From Styela clava (taxonomy: Eukaryota): a DNA stretch of 64,000 bases. The notes below the pieces were generated by a model. The model saw only the letters and a program-made list of their open reading frames with translations. It searched no databases and was not told the origin of the DNA. Each line of letters starts with the position of its first letter. Positions within the stretch are counted from its first letter, which is position 1. Both the position numbers and the translations under genes were made by a program. The stretch is from assembly GCF_964204865.1 (NCBI RefSeq), contig NC_135250.1:11160001-11224000 (forward strand). Reading direction: 5' to 3'. Of this stretch, positions 45,353 through 59,297 are shown piece by piece.

Positions 45353-46878
45353 CTCTGCGTGACTTATCGTTGACTTATTACTGATTAGCCATTGTTACAG
45401 AAATGAACAGAGAAATCGAGACACGAGGAAACATCAATTGTTATCTCATTGCTGATTGGCCATTGTTGCGAAAATGAACAACAAAATGGATATTTACGAT
45501 TGAAGTAACATCACAGAGATGTTTATTCCCAGTTCAGTAAAGAACTATAATGTAACAAATCTGTATTCGTTTTGTCATTTGTGTATACTTATTTATCGTT
45601 ATTCATTTATTATTATTTTATTTATTCTTTAAATATTGAATAATATAACTAGGCTAGATTGTGATTGTGGAACCATAAAAGTAAGAAAATCGTATATACC
45701 GTAAGTCTGTAAGTTAAGTACCAGTACATGTAGGAATAAGGAATAACTAAGAGTGTTTCCATTTTCCATCGTTTGCGAGAATGAGGTTATTAGAACTCTT
45801 CTCTCTTAGAAAAATTCTGAAATTAGAGAATCAGTTCCTTTTTTAACAATTAGGAAAGTTGAGACACAACTTAGGTTTAGGCTAGTTAGATTACTAAAGA
45901 ATTTGGAATAACTTAGTCGAGGCTAATAATACTGTAATATGCAATACTGCAATACAGTAGCCTATGAATTTGCATATATTTTCTTGTGATGTTCAGATGT
46001 TTGTTTTGCTGTTAATACTGTAATAAATAAAAAATGTTAATTTCTGTTATAAATAAAAATGGTGAAATCTGTGTGGAAAATACAACAATGGATTCGGACT
46101 ATTCGATAATACTGGATCAGCCAGTCAATGAAACAAATTGACAAACTGAAATTGTGATTAATAAACATATAGACTATATAGCTGTATTTTTTTTAAATAA
46201 ATTTTCTGTCTCTATATCATTATTGATTTTTTTATTAACTTTTTATTTAATGATAACTATTGGATGATCCACATTGTACAGGTGTACAACCTTTTCAAAA
46301 CGATTTGGATATGGCAGTAATAACGTTACTGTATAAAATGGAGGGAAAACTATTATTACAGTATTAGTTCATTATTTATGGGTATAATATTTTTCCAAAA
46401 TATCAGCAAATTGACCCGGGTTCAGTCGAATCCAGTCAGGCTCGTAGGAAATAATTCTGTGCGAGACGATTGCCGGGCAAAGTTTCAGGACCACCTCCAT
46501 AAGTATACTGGATAATAATAATCAAAAATTGATTTGTGATGGCCATGTGCAGCATAAAGAGTTTGATCGGTATCTTTGCCATATATAATGTAACAATGTG
46601 GTAAAATTGCCAAGAAAAGACAAAACATTAAAAAATGATATAGGATAACGTAAATGATGCCCAAAATTGAGATTTAATTCATGCACTTGCTTAAAAAGTA
46701 AGCCTGAAGCTGATGCTTTCTTCTTTCTACATGGAGGTATAATATACAAGCAAGGTTAATGAATTCGGATCATTCTTATAATTCATATATAATAATTACT
46801 TATTACAATTTTTAATGTTGTTTCATTGACTATACAGTTCAATAAATATTCATAGATTATTGACTGAAAACTCAAAAA

Positions 46879-49275
46879 ATGAGTGAAAACAATTTGACAA
46901 CAGTTGAAGAGCAGGAAAGATTGCTCGATAATGCAATTCAAATTGTAAAAGCGGAGAGTTTTCAGATGAAAAGAGAGTTGGATAAAAATCATCTAATGGA
47001 TGGATTCAAACATGCCTCTACCATGTTGAAAGAACTTCGTACGTCAGCTATGTCTCCGAAAAATTATTATGAATTGTACATGGCCGTTTGTGATGAACTA
47101 CGACACTTAGAGTTGCATCTGTCAGAAGAATTTCAACAGGGCCGAGTTATAGCTGATCTGTATGAATTGGTTCAATATGCTGGAGATATCATTCCACGAC
47201 TTTATCTCCTTGTTACGGTCGGAGTTGTTTACATAAAGGCGAAACCGTCATCAAGTCGTGTCATTCTGAAAGATCTTGTTGAAATGTGCAAAGGTGTTCA
47301 ACATCCCCTACGTGGGTTATTTTTACGCAACTACCTTCTGCAATGTACAAAAAATGTGCTTCCGAATGCATCAAGCGAAGCTAGCGAGGATGACAAAAAT
47401 GAATCAACCGGAACGGTAGCAGATTCAATAGATTTTATCCTGACAAATTTCACAGAAATGAACAAATTATGGGTTCGTATGCAACATCTTGGCCATAGTC
47501 GTGAAAGAGAGAAACGTGAGCGTGAACGACAAGAGTTAAGAATTTTGGTTGGAACAAATCTTGTGAGGCTCAGCCAGCTTGAGGGAATGGATGCGAAGAA
47601 TTATCAAAATAGTGTTCTGCCTGGAATTCTTGAGCAGGTTGTGAATTGCCGAGATGCCATTGCTCAGGAGTATTTAATGGAATGCATCATACAGGTGTTT
47701 CCCGATGATTTCCACCTTCAAACACTACGCAGCTTTCTAACTGCATGTGCGAATCTGCATCAAAGTGTCAATGTCAAAACTACAATAATCGCTCTGATTG
47801 ATAGACTGGCACAATATGCATCAAGAGAAGATACATCTGGTATTCCAAAAGAAATCATGCTGTTTGATATATTTTCTGAAGAGGTGACCAAGATTATAGA
47901 AGCACGCAATCAGATGTTGTGTGAACATGCTGTGTCAATGCAAGCAGCTCTTATTAATCTTGCTATGAAATGCTACTCTGATCGAACCGATTATGTCGAT
48001 AAAGTGCTGGAAGCTACTGTGGAAGTTATGAGCCAACGAAACATAGAGATAGTGTCTAGTCGTACTCCATTATGCAAAGAGGTTACTAAGTTACTGCAGT
48101 CAATTTTGGATTCATACAATAACATACTAACTGTGTTAGAGCTAAAGTATTTTGCTCCGCTCTATGAACATCTTGATTTTGATGCTCGTAAGCAGTTTGC
48201 TTTTCAACTCATTTCTAATGCTCTGGAAAATGATACTATTGTCACTACCTCGGAGCAAACAGATACATTGCTAATGTTGGTTTCGCCACTAGTGCGAGAC
48301 CAAGCTGATCAACCGAAGGCTGAAGAGATGGATGAACAGGACTTTGCAGAAGAGCAAATAGTGATGGGAAGATTTATTCATCTGTTGCAATCTGATGATC
48401 CTGATCAACAATTTTTGATTCTTAATTGTGCACGAAATCAGTTTGGAAATGGCGGAAATGCTCGACTGCCCTATACCTTGCCACCCATTGTATTTTCATG
48501 CTTCAAACTCGCGGCGAAATTCAAGGAAATTGAAAATGAGGACGAAAATTGGGATAAAAAATGCAATAAAATATTTCAGTTTTGTCGAGCAACAATTACT
48601 GCATTATGCAAAGCAGAGTTAGCAGAACTTCCTCTCAGACTTTTTCTTCAAGGTGCTCTTGCTGCTTCTGAAATTGACTTCAGTAATCGAGAATTGGTAG
48701 CTTACGAATTTCTGACCCAAGCAATATCACTGTATGAAGAGGAAATTGCAGACAGCCGTGCCCAACTTGCAGCAGTGTTACTTATTGTTGGTACGTTGGA
48801 GCAGATAGATTGCTTCCATGAAGAAAGTCATGAACCGCTACGTACCCAGTGTGCTCATGCAGCATCCAGACTGCTTAAAAAGCCAGACCAAAGCCGCGCT
48901 GTCGCTCATGTTTCACATTTGTTCTGGTCTGGGAAAACAATTGAAAGCGGAGAAAATAAGCTTAATGATGGCCACAGAGTGATCGAATGTCTAAAAAAGG
49001 CAGTACGTACGACCAACCAATGCATGGAAACAGCAGTTCAATTGCAGCTCTTTATCGAGATTTTTGATAAATATATCTACTTTTATGAGAAAGGGTGCAC
49101 AGCAATATCCATTGAAATACTGAATCAGCTTCTGGCTAAAATCAGAGAGAACCTTCCCTCAATTGAAGAAACTGAGGAATATGATGTAATCCACATGCAT
49201 TATAACAATACTCTGAAGCATATTAGAGACCAGATGGAATCTGGAACTTCATCATATGAAGGTATAGATATATAA
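46879..49275 (+). CDS. VPS35: Vacuolar protein sorting-associated protein 35 (retromer), intronless CDS
   Basis: 798-aa ORF with [56 protein letters not shown] and [11 protein letters not shown]. Confidence 0.98.
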   Translation: MSENNLTTVEEQERLLDNAIQIVKAESFQMKRELDKNHLMDGFKHASTMLKELRTSAMSPKNYYELYMAVCDELRHLELHLSEEFQQGRVIADLYELVQYAGDIIPRLYLLVTVGVVYIKAKPSSSRVILKDLVEMCKGVQHPLRGLFLRNYLLQCTKNVLPNASSEASEDDKNESTGTVADSIDFILTNFTEMNKLWVRMQHLGHSREREKRERERQELRILVGTNLVRLSQLEGMDAKNYQNSVLPGILEQVVNCRDAIAQEYLMECIIQVFPDDFHLQTLRSFLTACANLHQSVNVKTTIIALIDRLAQYASREDTSGIPKEIMLFDIFSEEVTKIIEARNQMLCEHAVSMQAALINLAMKCYSDRTDYVDKVLEATVEVMSQRNIEIVSSRTPLCKEVTKLLQSILDSYNNILTVLELKYFAPLYEHLDFDARKQFAFQLISNALENDTIVTTSEQTDTLLMLVSPLVRDQADQPKAEEMDEQDFAEEQIVMGRFIHLLQSDDPDQQFLILNCARNQFGNGGNARLPYTLPPIVFSCFKLAAKFKEIENEDENWDKKCNKIFQFCRATITALCKAELAELPLRLFLQGALAASEIDFSNRELVAYEFLTQAISLYEEEIADSRAQLAAVLLIVGTLEQIDCFHEESHEPLRTQCAHAASRLLKKPDQSRAVAHVSHLFWSGKTIESGENKLNDGHRVIECLKKAVRTTNQCMETAVQLQLFIEIFDKYIYFYEKGCTAISIEILNQLLAKIRENLPSIEETEEYDVIHMHYNNTLKHIRDQMESGTSSYEGIDI

Positions 49276-49623
49276 ACTGAGTCTGACATTGAAATGACTA
49301 TCTCTAATTTCAAAATCACTGAAAGCTCCATGAGCATAAAGAATAATGATAACAAGTGTATCGCTCTAATCTGATGAATGATCAAGGAAAATGATGGGAA
49401 AAATCACAAACCATATTGAGAATGACTGCTCACAATGCAAGTTAAAATAATTACCATATACATACTAACAAATTTCAAGTATGCATCTCATTGTGTATTC
49501 AAGCATGTTCGGCATGATTCAATTTTAATCATATTTTATGTACTTATACATCTTTAACGATATATATTTTGAAACATTTATGTATTTTGAACCCTTCTTT
49601 TCTCCTCAAATAGCAGAAATTGG

Positions 49624-49813
49624 GGTACCCCTCGAATATGTGAACCAAGATGGACACCGGAACATAGTATGTGTACTGGGTTAGGCTATAATTTACGAGT
49701 TTGGTGACTAGTCAAGTGACTCCGTTGTCTTTGTACCTGAAATTATGGCCTAACCTGGTACATGTAATATGTTTCGTTGTTAGCCATCTTGGTTCACATA
49801 CGTCGGGAGTACC
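49624..49813. mobile_element. Merlin-like MITE downstream of the VPS35 stop codon
   Basis: ggtaccc...gaaccaagatgg / ccatcttggttcac...ggagtacc, with perfect 8-bp TSD gaaattgg. Confidence 0.85.
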
Positions 49814-51712
49814 GAAATTGGAATATTATTTAAGGCATTCAGTTTGGCTGTGAAATACAGTGATGCTAATATTATGCACGTCTTCTTTAACCGGTCAGAT
49901 CACAATTGTCATATTTCAACATGATTGTATGTTCTTCTAGTTTGTTCCAATTTTTGTGCAATACAATATTATTTTATATAACCTTGCTTGTATAATACCC
50001 TGCCAGAAAATATTTCTGGATATGGATGAATATTATGTCATATGTATATGGTAGTGAATTGTGCTAACGAGGCTTGTATTTTTGGCTCTCTGATTTACTA
50101 TATTTTATGTGTATATTGCCTAGTTTTCATGATTAATATTAAAAAGGCATGGATTATATTTATTTGTTCAATCACGTACTGTTTGCATTGTGCTAATGAG
50201 TCTTGATCGGTGTAGCAATCTTCAGGCACAACTCTGATTTGAATAACTCCATCCCGTTTTCAAAACTTTTAATTTCTAAACATTCATTACATATATTTGT
50301 TACATACAAAGTAAGCGTTGTTTCTCAGAAATCCAGAATTGTTAGTGATTTATCCATGTCGGGTCTGGCTTCGAGGTATTATAGATAGTATTCAAATTTT
50401 TGTAGGCTGTTCCGAAGCAGTTATTAAGTTTTATTTCTAATATAACATGCTTCAATAACTATTACAAATTGTAGTGCGTGATAATGAGAGTATTTTTGTC
50501 GCTGAGAGCTTCAGCCGTAATTTCGGTTTGCACAGGAAATTCATATTTCGAAATAATCTAATAATAAAGGTATAATATCTCGCATATTATGGCGTACGTT
50601 GAGGGATGAGGTATTTAAATATGAATTTTATAACCGCTGGCCTGAACTATCGTCCCAACCAATTATCAACATATTGCTCAATGGTTCGCTAGGACAAGAT
50701 TTTCTGCACAGCAACGAAAAGGCATGAAAGGGTCTAGAAAAGCTGCAGATGCAGGTATTAAACATTAACAAGATTTAAATCTAGAGATGGTCAATTCATG
50801 AAACGCTTCATTCTCAACCGACATATTCAGAATATGGGTGTGAAAGTACATACTAACTTATATATCATTTAGAGTTTTTCAGTATCAAGGTGCTAATAAT
50901 TATTGGTGCCAAGTTGTGACAGTCGGCTTTACGAAGGACAGACCGGTTTCCTATTACATTAAATGATTTTTTACAACGTATGGGTTCCCCAAAAAATTAC
51001 AATTCAAGTGTAAAACCTGGACGTCGATAAATGACACTGAACTATTAAATGGGTATAATTTGAACCAAGACTTTTCAAATACCGCCAAATGAACAGATTT
51101 CTCACGCTCATTTGCAGGCCCAAAGATCACTTATTTCGGAGAGATTACACAACCAGAGTCTGTTTATTTAGTCCAAGGTCGACACACGCTCTTAATGAAT
51201 GCTCAATGGTGTCCTGATCTGCCATAAATTTGCGTGCATAACGCGATATTTGTCAGTAATTTTATATATCAGCATTTAGTGATTAAATGAACTTTGTACA
51301 ATTCAAGTTGAATTAAATATTGTCAAAATTCTGAACCCGCAATTCTCGAGAGACCCAACATAACACTCTATAATACAGACAGACCATTTTTCTTTCACAA
51401 GTTCACAAAAAACCCACAACCATAAGCTAAACTCAAGTTAGCATAAGAAAGATAGGACAATAAACATACAAACAGAAAGTGATAAAAATGAAATCATTCA
51501 AGTTTTTACATCCACCGTTGTAGAAGTTACCATTTGGAGAGACATTATGTCGGCAAATACGTCGTTACCCATTTGTTATTAGTAAAATATTGAATAACAA
51601 CAGAAAGAAACTACAAAAAAGCTGTACAACAGCAAGATAATAAAGAAAAAAATATTTGTTTCTATACAACATAATCAGTTTTGAAGACCTTAGAGTGCTG
51701 AGACTGTAGTAG

Positions 51713-54700
51713 CTATACTTTTGAACCAGGTCTCTTTCTATGCTTTTGTTCTTGATCAGCAAGACTTCTTTCCTTTGCTATTCTTACATCTTCATCCTCG
51801 CTGGAATCTGAATATGGTGAGAGAATAAATAAAGGTGGCAGGATTAGGAGACTTCTGAATTACGTAAGACAGTATTTTCTTATTCACCCTGGGGAGGAGA
51901 GGTGATAAGATAATCATATGGCAAACCAGGTCTCCTATAGTTATTTGTTTCAGGTGCATGGTCTGATAGAGGAAGCTGTAACCAATCAGCAGGTACATGA
52001 ATCGCCATACAACAGCAAAGAGTCCAGCGAACCTCTCACACATAATTAGCAACCACAGAATTGTAACCTGCAAATCCACGCAGGGTAATCAGAGGTTCGA
52101 TGTATAAGCATATTTGATACTCCTACCTCTTAACACAATGTGCCAGCTGCCAATCTTGGATTAAAGAAATTTTTTGACAAAATAATATAACCCTCTATTA
52201 TAACTGGCTTTTCGCTTTAAAAAAAATAAGTTACAGTGAACCATTATATTCCAGTTACGAGACCATGTGTCTAAATAATGAGAGTTCAGCAAATCTAGAA
52301 ACACTTGAAACTACTACCAGTATACGCACCATCATAATAAACATTTGGACTTGTCCTTGATCTACCATAACGATTACTGCGTCCATGTCCATGGTGATGA
52401 CGTGAGTGACCTGCGGGCGACCAGCGATGATGATGGGAAGACCTATGGCGAGAACTTGAACCAGTGTCAATGGCAGCTTGGTCTCGACTCATACCCAAAG
52501 CCAATTCATAATCATCAGAAACACCTGTAAAATTACAAAGTTAGAACTTTGTTGTTAAAAAGCTAATTTGTTGGGTTCGCAATTGATATATAAAACTTAT
52601 ATTTACCAGTGAGGCTTCAATAACACTCTGCATGCGAGGCATCTCATAAATCTACATGCTACAAAATGCTTCACCTTTTAGCACTAAATTAATGGTTTCT
52701 CAAAAGCATCCTGTCGCAAATGCTCATTTATAAGGTATATTCGTATATATTTAATTTCAACAATACAAAATAATTCGTAGGCAGTAATTTTCAATTTAGT
52801 AAGAAAAAATTGAGCATGCAAATATACAATTTGTGTAACTTCATTCGCACATGCTTGCAATGTCTTACTTTGTTTACTCATTGTTTCAATGCGTGCCCGA
52901 TATATTAGTTAACTGATTAAGTAACTGTCAATTACATAAAAGAACTGTAAATTTTTTTTTGTTTCTGGACAAGAAATCTAATTAAATTGAGATAAACAGA
53001 AGAACAAGAACCATTGTCATACAATGTAGAAATATGTTTTAATAAAACGTAATAATGCTACAAAAATAATGGTGTGAAAAAGTTTATAATCAAAAACTAT
53101 TGTCATAAACGTCAAGTTGGTATAAGTTAATTAATATCAAAAACTAAAAAAGCCTAAGATCACAGCGGTAGGGAAAACAAGATGATCACCAGGTCACAAA
53201 TGCTAATTCTTGCGTGAAGAGCAATTGACTTGGTTGGACAAATTCAATGTTAGTCAAGTTGTAAGTCATGCACAAAGATATACCATTATTAAAGCCATAA
53301 GTTATCCATGACTTTAGTCCAATCAATTTATTGATCAAAATGACTACATCCAACCCTTTAAAAAATATATCCAAAGTCTTTAAATAAATTGCACTCAAGC
53401 CAGTAACTCGAGTAAAATGTGCAAAAAGCTATGGAAATGCGAGGAAATAATTCATGCAATCCCGCGCGCGGCGGTGTGGCTCAACGGGCTAAGCGTTAGG
53501 AATACGCTCGCCACCGCACCTCTAACTACTCTGCGTGGGTTCGCAGGTTCGAATCCCATACAGGGATGGTTATGTGCGAGAGGATTGCTGGACTCCTCGC
53601 CGTCGTTGGGTGGTTCACGTAACCGCTGGTCGGTTACGGCTTCCTCCACCACCAAGTCCATGCTTCCGAAAACAAACAATACAGTAAATCTAATCCCAAA
53701 CCCGACTTGGAATGGTAACCGGACGAGAGGCCATGGTTCGCCATATGGATAAGCCGTCTTATCGGCTTCCCTCTCCCCCGGGATAAATATGTAAATCCTA
53801 TCCTATCCCAATAGCCATCTTGTTTATACACAAATGGATATAAATGATGAATTTGGTATGAAGAGGATTTTGAATGAATATATGCAATATAAGTACTTTG
53901 GTCCCTATCAATTTGTGCATTAACTTATTTATTCCTCAAAGGTTATAGATCAATGATATCATTGATCAACCAATGATGGATAATGCAACCAAGTGGGATT
54001 ACATCTCAACACATATCTAGTGCCTTTGCTTTAACAAACACCAAAAATAAAAACAAAATAATTGCAGAAGATAGCCGCAATTTTACCACGTCATATGCTT
54101 CTTAATATATATCAAAAATATTTGGGTAAAATATGATGCAATCGCAGAAAACAGATGTGCTAGTGTTCAATGATATGCAATAGAGTCAATTTTCTCCGTA
54201 CCATCAACAACTACTGATGTCAGTTTTCCATTTTCTCTAACTTCAACTCTTTCTTGACCGTTTTCTTTGGTCCTGAAAAAATTTATTCAGTGTCATATTA
54301 TTATTAGATATTTTCAAGATTATCTTGCAAATTCTTTAAAAAAAAAATCTGGGAAGTATGAGTACTATTGAATTTAATGATGATAGAATACGTATTTACA
54401 TTTTTTATTCTCTTCACAAATTATTAATTGAGTATTAAAATGCCATGGCATACCTCATTTGAAGTAGCCTATACTGCAACTGTTCAACAAAAAAATTGCT
54501 ATCCAAGCTTATTCAAACTAATTTATGACAATGATTACGAACAACATTGCAATGTGATTGTGGCTGCAATTATATTCAGTATTATTATTTTAGGCAGTTT
54601 TTATTGTCTTAGCTAGTGTTTGAACATCGAACAGAGATTGAAAATTCGTCACATCAAATTTAAAAAATTTCGAATACATATAACATAATTCTGTTAGCCA

Positions 54701-57700
54701 TTATTATTTTCTAATGATAGTAATAGAATGAAAAGGCAAATATTGGTCATGTAAGATCTAAGTGACATGATAAATATAAGAAATATACTTTCTATCCTAA
54801 TTAGATAAAATGATCCTGGGGATTTTATCTTTGCATGACCATATAAATTACGAAGAGAATAATCAAAAAAATATTAATATCCTACTTTGTGGTTTCAACT
54901 TTTTTTCCATTAACTATCCTTGTTGATTTAGTAACTGATCTTACGTTGGCATGTGTTCCGGGACCCGATGAAAATGATGAAAAAGAAGCGAATCTAGAGC
55001 AAAAAAAATAAATTTTAAGATAAAAAGAACAATTTTAAAAACACTATAAACTCAGCACCAGACTATAAACATTATAGCATATGATTGCCACTGAGTATAT
55101 TCATGAAAAAGCACAACCACCAGTGTAAAGCAAACAAAACGTCGGCAACTTACATTCTCTTGCATTACACCGGTTGCGGTTCATTTATACTTGATATTTA
55201 ACACTATAGTAAACAGCAATTATGCAATTCAACTCATTCGTCAATATTTAATAACGAGAATATTGGTCAGAGACCGAAGACTTATCGATCGAAAGTTAGG
55301 GGATCCCCCAAAACAGGCTTCTGGTCCGACATATGATGAATGCACATGCAAAATCTGGAGCAGATTCAATCTCGCTTTTGTAAAATATCGCGTGCATCTA
55401 ATAGACAAACAGACAAATACCTATCAACATACTTACCGATAAGTAATAACTTATTAGAAATTAATGACCTACGTACAATGAGTTATAACTGTGTGGAGAA
55501 ATTATAGTCATGTATAAGAATACAAACACCAATTATGCCTTATCATACATGAACACAGGCTTGGCATGATGCAACAGATCCCCAGTAGAACAGGGTAACA
55601 AACACAAATTTAAATTGAAATAAATCATTTTTGATTATTTGATTTATGCATACCCTCCACGTCCATTATCAAGTGCTGAGAATTCAGGAAATCCCGAAAA
55701 TCCCCCAAACCCTGATCCAAACCCTCCAAAAAAGTCATTATGAGACTGTCGATTAGAAAATCCTGGAAAACCGCCGAGATCTAAAAAAAAAAATATTAAT
55801 AAAGTATGATATAACATTACAAAACAATAAATACATTACATAAACTGAATTATCCAATCTTCTTTGTGAAATGGAAAATCTATATATAAACAGGGTTGGT
55901 TTTGACCCACCAACTTGAAGAAAATTTAATACAAAATAAGACTTACCAAAAGCTGCAAATGGATCTTGACCTCCGAAAAATTCCCTGAAAATTTCGTCTG
56001 GCGATCGGAATGTAAAATGATGATGAACATTAGAACCAAAATCAAATCCACCTCCCCCTCCACCACCTCCTTGTAATCCTTCTTTACCGTAGCGATCATA
56101 TACTTCCCGTTTTTCCTCTGATATAAGAAATATTAATACACATGAAATTATTACAAAATCAGTTGATGACAAGCAGTTTATTTGGCATTTTGAAAGTTAT
56201 GTATTGGTTTTATGTAAAGAGTGTCATGTTAATGTAGCTTCCATAATGGCATATACTAATAAATGTGAAACGGTCAAGTTGGTCATATCATGTTCTTGTA
56301 TTGTTATAGAGCTATGAGTTTGACTTGTTTTTTTTTAAATGTGAGAACCCGTTGTTTCCGAGTTTGATTAAAAGAGAACCTGTTCTTAAAATTTTGATTC
56401 ACGTCACTGACTAACTATTTTTCTACAGAATACAGTCATGTATTATGTGAAATTTTTTTTTAATATTAATAATTTATACAATTGAACCATCCATATTTTT
56501 AACTTTATTACACTTTAATCAAAATTAATATTTACGAATTATTATCATAAATTTTTTAGTCTCACGAGATTTTGAACATAATATTGTGGCATATCATTGA
56601 TAAGCAAAATTAAAAGTACTGATATTCAAGAGTCTATAATCATAATAGGTAGACCCAACTTGATTAGGCTACTAATCCTGAATGATCCCAAGATTATTGC
56701 TAGACCTAGTTATTCACGAATGTATTGATTTTAGTCTTTCCTAATGATCTCTTAACTATAGAATCAATACTGCACTTAATGGAGATGCATGAGAGTTATA
56801 TCAGAAATCCATATATAAATTAACTGTTTTACATAAAAAATGGATTGTCCATTAATACGTGTTTACGCTATTATCCATGGAAGACTAAATGAAAATTTAT
56901 TCTGTTTTGTTTGGGCATTGACAATTTCGCACACAATAATCATTGTTCTCAATGTTACACTTTAAACCCACTTAAAGTCACTCAATGAGCTGTGGTTCTC
57001 ACACAAATCATTGCAACTTGGCTTTACGACTATACATATGACTTCAGATAAAAAACTTTTATGCCCCCACCCCATAGCTTTTTCCAGATTGTATTAACAT
57101 GAATTGCTTTTGAAGAATTGTGCCAATGATATTTACTAACATGCAATTCTACATTATTCCCCCTTATCAGTATCTCATAGCGTTTAAATGGTAGCAAGTA
57201 ACTTTGTTCAGAGATCATGCTCTTTAATTTCTTTAATTTTCCTTTAGAAAATAAAAAATTCCAAATATTCTCAAAAAATATCTGAGAAATAATAATTCTG
57301 ATCTTTATTAAAACAATTCATTATGTATTGCAAGAAGCTGAAACTAAATGAATAAAGCAACATACTATCAGATAAAACATCGTATGCTTCTCCAATTTCT
57401 TTAAATTTAGCTTCTGCGTTTTCTTTGTTGTCTGGATTTTTATCAGGATGCCATTGTAAAGCTAGTTTCCTATATCTGAAATAAGGTAAATTACAATAAT
57501 AACATGAGCATCGAGCAAAGTAGTGGAGTTTCAATGAACTGTTAATGTGAATAAGTCAACTTTTTTGTATGTAACATTGAACAAAAATCTACATTATGAA
57601 TGCACAGTGGCCTAGTGGGTAAAGTGTTAGACTTATGACATCGTAGGTTAAATCTTGGGTTTACATCCCATGCCCACCACTTGACCCTGGAAAAGATTCT

Positions 57701-58175
57701 AACTGTACCAGCTCTCGAGCAGTGGCTGCTTGTGCAGAGCTTTGTTTGGAACAAAGGACATAATGAAAAAATAATAAAAGTGTTTTATAAAAATTTGAAC
57801 CTTTTAAATAAGGAAGTGGACTAAATAAAACTAAATATTCCGATCATATTTTACACTAACATGAATGGGAAAGAATAATGCATTTGCCACAATTTTGTTT
57901 CTCATTATATCATTTGAATTTTGAAACTAATACAAACACAGGACAATTTGGTCAGGATTGAATTCGGTCAATTTTTGGAATATTGAATGTGACACGGATT
58001 CATTTACAGCAGGATTCAAAAATGCTAATTTGCTACGAATACTTCTAATAAGTATATCTTTATATAACTTTATGAAAAATAGACAAGACAAAGATATAAA
58101 AGGTACTTACGCTTTCTTTATTTCAGAATCAGTTGCTTTTCTTGATACTCCCAATATTTTATAATAATCTCCCAT
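51713..58175 (-). CDS. DNAJB6: DnaJ homolog subfamily B member 6/2-like, long isoform (~313 aa) with two UIM-like motifs
   Basis: Exons 58175-58111, 57475-57366, 56117-55947, 55780-55654, 54993-54886, 54272-54202, 52524-52330, 51807-51713. J-domain ([14 protein letters not shown]), G/F region ([16 protein letters not shown]), CTD ([15 protein letters not shown]...[13 protein letters not shown]), then [15 protein letters not shown] and [16 protein letters not shown]. Confidence 0.8.
51837..52150 (-). mobile_element. Old tRNA-derived SINE copy in the last DNAJB intron
   Basis: catatggcaaacca, agtccagcgaacctctcacacataa and aacctgcaaatccacgcagggtaatcagagg match the SINE reverse complement. Confidence 0.7.
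53466..53807 (+). mobile_element. Full-length tRNA-derived SINE (~340 bp), the best-preserved copy
   Basis: Pol III A-box tggctcaacgg (53477) and B-box ggttcgaatcc (53546), conserved body, and (cctat)n tail. At least nine other copies or fragments occur in the window. Confidence 0.92.
54167..58175 (-). CDS. DNAJB6: DNAJB6-like short isoform (~228 aa), reading through the 54201 donor to ...[15 protein letters not shown]
   Basis: In-frame stop at 54167 inside the intron and a minus-strand AATAAA near 53930. This parallels the DNAJB6b-type ending. Confidence 0.75.
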
Positions 58176-58339
58176 TGTTAATGAATGTGCAATATACTTC
58201 AATATACCCTAAGTAATTTTTTTAGTTTATTAACTGAAAATAATAGGATATTGAGAAATAATTTGGAAAAAAAGGATTGCTTCTTGGCATGTGAAGAAAA
58301 AAGATTTCTAGTTCATTCGGTTTCAACTATACTATGTTG

Positions 58340-58553
58340 GACGCTCCAGGAGTGTGTGTAACAACATGGAGGTAACTAATATTGATCGCCCACTTTACAT
58401 CAAGTTGTGTAAAGGAACAGAAACCTATGGGCAGGGGGTATATTCACTTGGCTAACACACACAGTTCCCGAACTCGTAATAAAACTAAAGTGAGGGAAAC
58501 CTGAATAAAATTATGGCCTAACCCTAACCTAGTACACACACTACAGGAGTACC
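58340..58553. mobile_element. Merlin-like MITE variant in the DNAJB 5' intron
   Basis: Ends aattatggcctaaccctaacctagtacacacactacaggagtacc like the family. Degenerate TSD ctatgttg/caatattg. Confidence 0.65.
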
Positions 58554-59297
58554 CAATATTGTGCTATTAATATTATTTTCCTATAAATGTCAGTCAACGA
58601 TGAAATGTAAAGTAGATTTGAGTGTGATAAGCAAAACCCAGCATTCAAAACTAATAGCAGTCAGACTGTCACCGGTCTGTGGATCAACAGTTAAAAATCT
58701 CAATAACGTCAGGAATACTGTTTATATAGACTGAAGACTGAAGTCACAATTTTACAAACAGTATTTCATCCTATATTAGACACATTTTTAATCAAACTAA
58801 AGACTACAATTTTTTGTAGATAAACACATAGATAACAAATGTATTTATACATTTACTTCGAAAATGCGGTTCGTTTTACTTAAAAACAACGAGTGTACAT
58901 TAAAATCGTCTAAATATTTGTAAAACAGAATAGTTGTAAACTGAATTAACAAGATTTCAGTTTGTGATAACTGTTAACATCTTTAAAAGAAAGGATACAA
59001 TCTCATTCCAATAAATGCTGTAAAAATGTCATCCTAGTAATGTCACTGGCAAAAAAGAATTTAGTAACAAAGAATTAAATTAGATAGTTTTATTTACAAT
59101 CATACTTTCCATTTGTATATTATACTATTATAGTAGAAAGCTTACATTCGGACATTACTCATAAAACAGAAAACTGCCAACTAAATAAAATACACATGGG
59201 AATACGGTGTAGCATGAGTGTTATCGTTTAGCATGCATTGGTCATGCTTCTAAATAAATACTGGAAAACATTGACGTAAGAACTTTAGGGTGTAAGG

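Noticed and set aside
53466-53560. tRNA gene
   Set aside because: A and B boxes are present but there is no convincing cloverleaf, and it continues into a multicopy body and tail. It is a SINE head.
53417-53831. ORFs 53417-53752, 53452-53679 and 53634-53831, and similar ORFs at 29836 and 42016
   Set aside because: These are chance frames within SINE copies. Their mutual similarity reflects the repeat.
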